A DNA stretch of 13,954 bases, taken from positions 1 to 13,954 of the forward strand of contig CAZZXB010000081.1 of the NCBI GenBank assembly GCA_964658025.1, written 5' to 3'. The notes beneath the pieces were generated by a model. The model was given only the letters and a program-made list of their open reading frames with translations. It did no database searches and was not told the origin of the DNA. Within the stretch, counting starts at the first letter, position 1. Each line of letters opens with the position of its first letter. Source of the stretch: an uncultured Janthinobacterium sp. GTDB taxonomy: Bacteria > Vulcanimicrobiota > Vulcanimicrobiia > Vulcanimicrobiales > Vulcanimicrobiaceae. Shown in pieces: positions 7,540 to 13,954 of this stretch. The position numbers and the translations under genes were made by a program.

Positions 7540-8400
7540 ATGGAATTCACGATCGAGCACAAGACGTCGTATCGGTACGCGGCGCCCGTGGACCAGAGTT
7601 ACACGGTCGTCCACCTCCAGCCGCGTAGCGACACGAATCAGTTCTGCACGCGCTACGCGCTCGACATCTCGCCGACGGCGCGGATCAACCGCTACACCGA
7701 TCGTTTCGGGAACGACGTACAGCATTTCGCGATCCTGCCCTCGCACGCCGATCTCGCGATCACCGCGCGTTCGAACGTCGTGACGCTGCTCTCGACCGAT
7801 CCGGTCGATCCGGTGGAGGCGACGCGCGCGTTACTCGATGCGGACCCGCGCCTCGCCGAAGCGTACGATTTTTTGCACGAGAGCGTCTACGTGGGATTCG
7901 GACCGCGACTCGACCGCTTTCTCGACGAGGTCGGACGTCCGGGCGAACGGATCGGCGAATGGGTGCACTGCGTCTCGTCGCTGATCCACGAACAATTCGA
8001 GTACGACAAGGCCGCGACGACCGTGCGCACGACGGTCGAGGACGCGCTCGAACGCCGGAGCGGGGTCTGTCAGGATTTCGCGCACGTGATGATCGCGACG
8101 CTACGCCGGGCGCACGTTCCGGCGCGCTACGTCAGCGGATACATCTTCGGTGGCGAATCGCGCGTGCTCGGCGCCGAGGCGTCGCACGCGTGGTGCGAGG
8201 CGTATCTCCCGCCGTACGGCTGGGTCGGGTTCGATCCGACGAACGATCGACTCATCGACGATTCGTTCGTGCGCATCGCGACCGGGCGCGATTACCGCGA
8301 CGTGAGCCCCGTGCGCGGCGTGTACCGCGGCGCCCAACTCGCGGAGATGAACGTCAACGTCGCGATGGATCTCCTCACGCCGCAGCGCGAGGAGAGCTGA
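7540..8400 (+). CDS. Transglutaminase-like cysteine enzyme with bacterial N-terminal domain, 286 aa
   Basis: N-terminal IEHKTSYRY...DRFGN. Intact Cys-His-Asp triad in GVCQDFAH, SHAWCE and GFDPTN, plus GRDYRDVSPVRG. ATG lies 2 nt after the alpha-E stop. Confidence 0.94.
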   Translation: MEFTIEHKTSYRYAAPVDQSYTVVHLQPRSDTNQFCTRYALDISPTARINRYTDRFGNDVQHFAILPSHADLAITARSNVVTLLSTDPVDPVEATRALLDADPRLAEAYDFLHESVYVGFGPRLDRFLDEVGRPGERIGEWVHCVSSLIHEQFEYDKAATTVRTTVEDALERRSGVCQDFAHVMIATLRRAHVPARYVSGYIFGGESRVLGAEASHAWCEAYLPPYGWVGFDPTNDRLIDDSFVRIATGRDYRDVSPVRGVYRGAQLAEMNVNVAMDLLTPQREES

Positions 8401-8405
8401 ACGGG

Positions 8406-9716
8406 CTACGCCACCTCGATGCGGTTGCGACCGCCCTGTTTCGCGCGATAGAGCGCGGCGTCCGCGGCACGAACGAGATCGGCCGCCGCGGAGGCGGGAT
8501 CGCCGTCGCCCGCCGTCGCGACGCCGAACGAGATGGTCGTCGCGATCTCGTGCGTGCCGAAGCGCGTTAGCGATCTCGCGACCTCTTGACGGATCCGCTC
8601 GACGCTCGCGACCGTCTCGACCTCGGAACTCGCGAACACGATGAGAAATTCTTCGCCGCCGAAACGGTACACTCGGTCGCCGCGCCGGACGTGGCGTCGT
8701 ACGCTCTTCGCGATCTCGCGGAGTACCTCGTCGCCCGCCGCGTGCCCGAAGGTGTCGTTGACGCGTTTGAAATGGTCGATGTCCGCCATCACGACCGTGA
8801 TGTTCTCTCCGGCCTGTCGCGCGGCGCGCACGAGATCGCTCAGATCGGTTTCGAGTTCGCGCCGGTTGAGCAGTCCCGTGAGGGGATCGCGCGTGGAGAT
8901 GTCTTGCAAGCGGATCATCGCTTCGCGACGCTCGCCGATATCTTGGACCTGCGCGATGAAGCTGAGGGGCGTGCCGATCTCGTCGCGCAAGAGCGAGACG
9001 GTGAGCTGGATCCAGACGATCGAGCCGTCCTTGCGGATGTAGCGCTTCTCCCTCTGATACATCGGGATCGCGCCGACGGTGAGCCGGGCGAGGTTCGCGA
9101 GATCGGCTTCGAGGTCGTCGGGATGCGTGATCTCGCGGAAGGTCAAGTCCTTGAGTTCTTGCGGCGTGTAGCCGACGATCTCGCAGAGCGCGTCGTTGAC
9201 GTGCCGGAACCGACCGTCGAGCGAGACGACCGTCATCCCGATCGGTGCGTACCGCAGGATATCGCGGAACTGCGCTTCGTTGCGACGGATCGTGCGTTCG
9301 AGGCTCTTGCGGTTCGTGATGTCGTCGAAGACGGCCACGATGCCGCCCGGATCCGTCGCGTCGTCCGCGCCGAGCGGCATCGCGTTGACGGACAACCAGA
9401 TCTTGACTCCGTCGCCGCGGTTCAAGCCGACGATGCGATCGCGAACGACGCGCTTCTCGCGCAAGCAGATCATCACGGGACTCTGGGCGCCGGGGATCGG
9501 CGTCCCGTCCTCGTTCGTCTGCATCCACCGGGATTCGTACGGCGAACTGCCGATGAGTTCGGCCGACGTGACGCCGAGGATCGCGAGCGCGGCGTCGTTG
9601 TGATGGACGACCGTGCCGAAGCGATCGTAGACGACGACGGCTTCCGCGAGCAGGTTGAGAAATCGGCCGTCGGAAGGCCGCTCGTTCTGCGAACCGGGTA
9701 AGCCGATCATGTCCAT
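8406..9716 (-). CDS. Cytoplasmic PAS-PAS-GGDEF diguanylate cyclase, 436 aa
   Basis: Two PAS/PAC domains (second: ITHPDD...YIRKDGSIVW), then DPLTGLLNRR, DIDHFKRVNDTFGHAAGD, active site RFGGEEF, I-site RxxD (RRGD) five residues upstream, and ADAALYRAKQGGRN. Confidence 0.95.
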   Translation of the reverse strand: MDMIGLPGSQNERPSDGRFLNLLAEAVVVYDRFGTVVHHNDAALAILGVTSAELIGSSPYESRWMQTNEDGTPIPGAQSPVMICLREKRVVRDRIVGLNRGDGVKIWLSVNAMPLGADDATDPGGIVAVFDDITNRKSLERTIRRNEAQFRDILRYAPIGMTVVSLDGRFRHVNDALCEIVGYTPQELKDLTFREITHPDDLEADLANLARLTVGAIPMYQREKRYIRKDGSIVWIQLTVSLLRDEIGTPLSFIAQVQDIGERREAMIRLQDISTRDPLTGLLNRRELETDLSDLVRAARQAGENITVVMADIDHFKRVNDTFGHAAGDEVLREIAKSVRRHVRRGDRVYRFGGEEFLIVFASSEVETVASVERIRQEVARSLTRFGTHEIATTISFGVATAGDGDPASAAADLVRAADAALYRAKQGGRNRIEVA

Positions 9717-9826
9717 TCGTATCGGTCGCGGACTGGCGAGAGGTGAGGCACGTCACCTTCGAATTCGTCCGACCTTCCCCCCGCCGCGGCGACCGCGGGT
9801 CGCCACCAGCCGTGGAACCCGGAGCG

Positions 9827-9853
9827 CTGGCAGTGGGTTGGGTAGAGTGCTAA
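9827..9853 (+). promoter_or_regulatory. CIRCE-like element (HrcA operator)
   Basis: CTGGCAGTG-N9-GAGTGCTAA versus consensus TTAGCACTC-N9-GAGTGCTAA. Right arm 9/9, left arm 5/9, spacer exactly 9 nt, directly upstream of hsp20-lon. Confidence 0.7.
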
Positions 9854-9881
9854 TGTTGGAGACGACTATGGTGGAAATCCG

Positions 9882-10316
9882 GTGAGGGCCAACGATCGCG
9901 TCGCGCGAGAATTCGACGCGGCGTTCGCGGATCTCGTCCGCCGGGCGCGCCCCGGTCCCTTCGAGCCCAACGCCGACGTCTACGTCACCGAAGAAGGCGA
10001 CGCGATCGTCGTCAACGTGGAGATCGCGGGCGCCGATCCGTCGCTCCTGAGCGTCGCGGTCGAACAGCGCTGGCTCGTCATCTCGGGTCGGCGCGAGCCG
10101 CGACCGGGTGCGTACGGCGGCGACGTCGTGCTCAAAGAGATCGACTACGGCGCGTTCGCCAAGCGCATCCACCTCCCGATCGCCGTCGTGGACGACGAGG
10201 CGACGGCCGTCTATCGCGACGGCTTCCTCACGATCCGTCTCCCGATCTCCGCCCGCTCGCGGACGCCCGAGCATCGCTTCGAAATCCGTATGACCGTGAA
10301 AAGGACGCCCGCCTGA
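9882..10316 (+). CDS. Hsp20/alpha-crystallin small heat-shock protein (start uncertain; possibly 9868 with a 1-nt frameshift)
   Basis: Motifs PNADVY, VNVEIAG, LVISGRR, EIDYGAFAKRIHLP and AVYRDGFLTIRLP. The stop overlaps the lon start (TGATG). Confidence 0.9.
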   Translation: MRANDRVAREFDAAFADLVRRARPGPFEPNADVYVTEEGDAIVVNVEIAGADPSLLSVAVEQRWLVISGRREPRPGAYGGDVVLKEIDYGAFAKRIHLPIAVVDDEATAVYRDGFLTIRLPISARSRTPEHRFEIRMTVKRTPA

Positions 10317-12809
10317 TGGCCGCCGCACCCAAGAAACCCGCCGCCTCGACCGCACCCCCCGACATCCTCGGCATCCTGCCGTTGCAGGACGCCGTGCTCT
10401 TCCCGAATACCGTCATCCCGCTCGCGGTCGTGAAGAAGCCGGGCATCGCGCTCGTCGAGGAGGCGCTCCGCGACGGCCGACCGATCGGTCTCGTCGCGCT
10501 CAAGGACAAGGACACGGAGGATCCCGGATCCGACGACGTGCGCCGCGTCGGGACGATCGGCATGATCCAGCGGATGATCAAAGTCCCCGACGGTACGATC
10601 CGCTGCATCGTCGGCGGAAATTCGGTATTCCGGGCCGACGATTTCACGCAGAGTTCGCCGTATCTCGCCGCGACCTACACGGATCTTCCCGATATCACGC
10701 GCGATACGGAAGAGATGACCGCGATGCATCGCAATCTCGCGAGCCTCTTCTCGAAGCTCATCGGCTACCTGCCGCAAGCGCCGCGCGAGATGGAGATGGA
10801 AGTCAACAACATCACCGACTCCAATCTCCTCACGTATTTCGTCGCGAGTTCGATGCGGCTCGAAACGGCCGATCGGCAGATGTTGCTCGAAGAGCGCAAC
10901 ACCGAGAAGCGGATGCGGAAGCTCACGATGCTCTTGACGAAAGAGCTCGAGGTCGTCGAGCTCGGACACAAGATCCAGTCCGACATCCAGCGCGAGATGG
11001 AGAAGAATCAGCGCGAGTTCTACCTGCGCCAGCAACTGCGCGCTATTCAAGAAGAGCTCGGCGAGACCGATCCCCAGCAAGCCGAGACGAACGAGCTGCG
11101 GAAAAAACTCGACGAGGGCGGATTGCCCGAGGACGTCCGCAAGGTCGCCGACCGCGAACTCGACCGGTTGGCGAAAGTGCCGCAGGCGAGCCCCGAGTAT
11201 TCGGTGATCCGGACGTACCTCGATTGGATCGTCCAGCTCCCGTGGGCGAAGGCCACGACCGACGCGATCGACATCGGCAAGGCGCGCGAGATCCTCGATC
11301 AGGATCATTACGGCCTCGATAAGGTCAAGGACCGAATCATCGAATACTTGGCGGTCGGCAAACTCAAGAACCGCCTCACGGGTCCGATCCTGTGTTTCGT
11401 CGGGCCGCCGGGCGTCGGCAAGACGTCGCTCGGACAATCGATCGCGCGCGCGATGGGGCGCAAGTTCGTGCGGCTCTCGGTCGGCGGCGTCCGCGACGAG
11501 GCCGAGATCCGCGGTCACCGTCGGACGTACATCGGCGCGATGCCGGGAACGATCGTCCGCGCGCTCCGCGATGCGGGGACGCGCAACCCCGTCATGATGA
11601 TCGACGAGATCGATAAGGTCGGCTCCGATTTCCGCGGCGACCCGCAATCGGCGTTACTCGAAGTGCTCGATCCCTCGCAGAACAACTCGTTCCGCGACCA
11701 CTATCTCGACCTGCCGTTCGATCTCTCGCAAGTGCTCTTCGTCTGCACCGCGAACGATCTCTCGACGATCAGCGGACCGCTCCGCGACCGCATGGAGATC
11801 ATCTCGCTCTCCGGCTACACGGAATCCGAGAAGATGCAGATCGCGAAGCGGTACCTGCTCAAGAAGCAGCGCGAGGCGAACGGCCTGCGCGACGCGCAGG
11901 TCCAGATCAACGATCAGGCCGTGCGCACCGTCATCAACGACTACACGCGCGAGGCGGGCGTCCGCAATCTCGATCGCGAGATCGGGACGATCTTCCGTAA
12001 GGTCGCGCGCAAGATCGCGGAAGAGCCGCGCTATAAGGCGCGCGTGAAGCCGGAGAACGTCCCCGAGTACCTCTCCCGCGCGCGCTTCTTCAACGAAGTG
12101 AAGAAACGGACGGCGTCGATCGGCGTGACGACGGGTCTCGCCTGGACGCCCGTCGGCGGCGACATCATGTTCATCGAATCGAGCGCGATGCCGGGGACGG
12201 GGAAGCTCACGCTCACGGGTCAACTCGGCGACGTGATGAAGGAATCCGCGACGGCGGCCGTCTCGTTCTTGCGCTCGCGCTCGAACGAACTCGGACTCCC
12301 CGAAGAGTACTTCAGCAAGCACGATCTCCACGTCCACGTGCCGGCGGGCGCGGTTCCGAAAGACGGCCCGTCGGCGGGCATCGCGCTCGCGACGTCGATC
12401 GCCTCGCTCCTGACGGGCACGAAGGTCGACTCGAACCTCGCGATGACGGGCGAGATCACGCTGACGGGTCAGGTGTTACCGATCGGCGGCCTCAAGGAAA
12501 AGGTCCTCGGCGCGAAGCGCGCCGGCATCTCGAAGATCGTGCTCCCGAAGCAACGAAGTCGATCTCGACGACGTGCCCGAGGAAGTTCGCGACACGATGA
12601 CCTTCGTGTCGGTCGAAGAGATCTCGGAAGTCTTCGAGCAGGCGTTCGGCAAGCGGATCATCACGCCCGTGATGCTCGGCGAACCCGAACGCAAGGACGG
12701 CGTCGTCGTCCCGATGCGCTCGCGTGCGAAGCGGCCGACGCCGGTCGCGACGCCGACCGAACGGAAGCGCCCGGCGCGGCGCGGCGCGGTCGAGTCGCGA
12801 AAGCGTTAG
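10316..12809 (+). CDS. lon: ATP-dependent Lon protease (endopeptidase La), frameshifted near 12551 in this sequence
   Basis: N-domain LPLQDAVLFP, QREFYLRQQL, DHYGLDKVKDRIIEYLAV, Walker A GPPGVGKT, Walker B MIDEIDK, catalytic Ser in PKDGPSAG and Lys in GGLKEK. After IVLPK, Lon-like sequence continues in another frame (NEVDLDDVPEEVRDTMTFVSVEEISEVFEQAF) to TAG 12807-12809. Confidence 0.96.
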
Positions 12810-12811
12810 CG

Positions 12812-12847
12812 GAAGAAAGAGGCGGTTTGAAGACCGCCTCTTTCTTC
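12812..12847. terminator. Bidirectional intrinsic terminator-like hairpin
   Basis: Perfect 15-bp inverted repeat GAAGAAAGAGGCGGT-ttgaag-ACCGCCTCTTTCTTC, giving a U-rich 3' arm on either strand. It lies 2 nt after the corrected lon stop and between convergent genes. Confidence 0.85.
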
Positions 12848-13009
12848 GTACCGTTACGCGCGATAACGCCGTGCGACGCGCATCGCCGAACGCGGCGGGG
12901 GCGGCCTTTAAGATCGCGCTAAAATGCGCGCTTCCGTGATTTCGGGACGTGCGAGGAACGGTCGTGAAGGGCGATGCGTGCGGAGGACCGACGGGGTCGT
13001 CGGACCGCG

Positions 13010-13843
13010 TTATGCGTGAGCGGTCGGTTTTCGAAACACGGCGAGGATACGCGCGCGAACGGCGGCGAGCGATCGCGACACGGGCGGCAGCCACCACGCC
13101 GCCGCTTGGACGAGCGCCGCGACCGATCCCGGCGCCGCCACGATCGCGACGATGCCGACGAGGAAGGATGCGGCGGCGACGAGTTGGGCCGCACCCTCGG
13201 GAGCGGAGCGAACGGCGAGGCAGAGCGGCCAAATCGCGAAGGCGATGCAGGCGAGCGGAACGGTCTCGACGCCGCGGTCGCGGAGCCAGGCGAGTATCGT
13301 GCAGAAGATCGCGAAACCGACGACGAGACGGAGGACGCGCATCGTCTGCGACTCGTTCGCTTCCGACGGGCGACGCGTGGAGGTTTCGAGTTCCGCGATC
13401 GCGGCCCGAAGGGCGGCGGCGTTCGTGACGAGCACCGATCGCAGACCCTTCTCGTCGAGCGTTCGCGAATCGAGTTGCGTCCGCACGTGCGAGACCGATT
13501 CGTCGGAGAGGCGTTCCGCGTAGACGGCGAAGTTTTTTCCTTGCTCGATCGTATCGAGCAGCCGCGCTCGGATTCCGGGATAGTCGGCTTTCGAGCCGTC
13601 CTCGATCGCGAGATAGACCGCGTGCGTCGTCTCGATGACGCCCTTGCGAGGATCGGTGTCGACGATAGCGTGCCCGCCGGCCGCGATGAGTTCGCTCGCG
13701 CGGACGAATGCGGCGTTCGGCATCGTTGCCGGAGCGGCGGACGCCGAGCTGCGGTCGGGCCGGAGCACGTTCGCGGCGGCTTCGACGGCGCCGGCGGCGG
13801 ACGGCGGGAGTCGCCGATCGTCCGGAGACACGGGCTCGTTCAT
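13010..13843 (-). CDS. Hypothetical membrane protein: soluble alpha/beta N-terminal domain plus about 3-4 C-terminal TM segments, 277 aa
   Basis: ORF with GC-rich third positions and hydrophobic segments LVVGFAIFCTILAWL, VPLACIAFAIWPLCLAV and LVAAASFLVGIVAIVA. Start at ATG 13843 (alternative 13891). Confidence 0.7.
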   Translation of the reverse strand: MNEPVSPDDRRLPPSAAGAVEAAANVLRPDRSSASAAPATMPNAAFVRASELIAAGGHAIVDTDPRKGVIETTHAVYLAIEDGSKADYPGIRARLLDTIEQGKNFAVYAERLSDESVSHVRTQLDSRTLDEKGLRSVLVTNAAALRAAIAELETSTRRPSEANESQTMRVLRLVVGFAIFCTILAWLRDRGVETVPLACIAFAIWPLCLAVRSAPEGAAQLVAAASFLVGIVAIVAAPGSVAALVQAAAWWLPPVSRSLAAVRARILAVFRKPTAHA

Positions 13844-13954
13844 CGAACGCTCGCGCGACGAAGCGTACGGTTTCGAACGCGTCGCTCGCATGCGATCGTG
13901 GGCGAACGAGGTGCGTCGATCGGCGGTCGACGCGAGGTGCTTCGGATTGCGTGC

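Noticed and set aside
5423..8400. 704 aa and 638 aa ORFs suggesting long N-terminal extensions of alpha-E and the transglutaminase
   Set aside because: The extensions are Arg-rich off-frame reads of the upstream genes. Family-typical N-termini begin at 6599 and 7540.
9788..9804. Hairpin GGCGACC-gcg-GGTCGCC in the cyclase/hsp20 intergenic region
   Set aside because: A short GC-rich stem with no U-tract is expected by chance at this GC content.
12551..12922. 868 aa Lon with a novel C-terminal domain
   Set aside because: Product of the frameshift. The Lon-like sequence is in another frame, and this extension would cross the terminator.
3793..13076. HIP1-like GCGATCGC octamers (3793, 4301, 9435, 13069) and frequent CGATCG
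   Set aside because: Plausibly explained by strong CpG richness and codon usage (GCG-ATC-GC). Enrichment cannot be claimed without a genome-wide Markov-model test.
171..13523. Many long alternative-frame and antisense ORFs (e.g. 171-1721, 257-1453, 8101-9756, 8586-9701, 10211-11647)
   Set aside because: Typical high-GC shadow ORFs overlapping well-supported genes, with no recognisable motifs.

Overview
High-GC, CpG-rich bacterial chromosomal window with 12 plausible protein-coding genes. I found no rRNA, tRNA, CRISPR array or mobile element. Left to right: a + strand intrinsic terminator; a CHASE3-PAS-PP2C(SpoIIE) sensor phosphatase (-); a divergent class-III PLP aminotransferase (+); a small secreted beta-rich protein (-); a MaoC-like dehydratase coupled to a DUF4126-like membrane protein (-); a tightly packed operon of circularly permuted ATP-grasp, alpha-E and transglutaminase genes (+) with no proteasome-type (Anbu) peptidase; a PAS-PAS-GGDEF diguanylate cyclase (-); an hsp20-lon operon (+) preceded by a CIRCE-like element and closed by a perfect bidirectional terminator; and an unknown membrane protein (-). 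lon has a clear frameshift near 12551, and hsp20 may have a second one near 9881; assembly error or real lesion cannot be distinguished here. Best leads: the peptide-ligase operon of unknown function next to a heat-shock Lon module, a candidate operator palindrome upstream of it, a structured aminotransferase leader, and a possibly degenerate TIR/NDT-like membrane protein. All family calls come from motif recognition by eye; no database searches were run.
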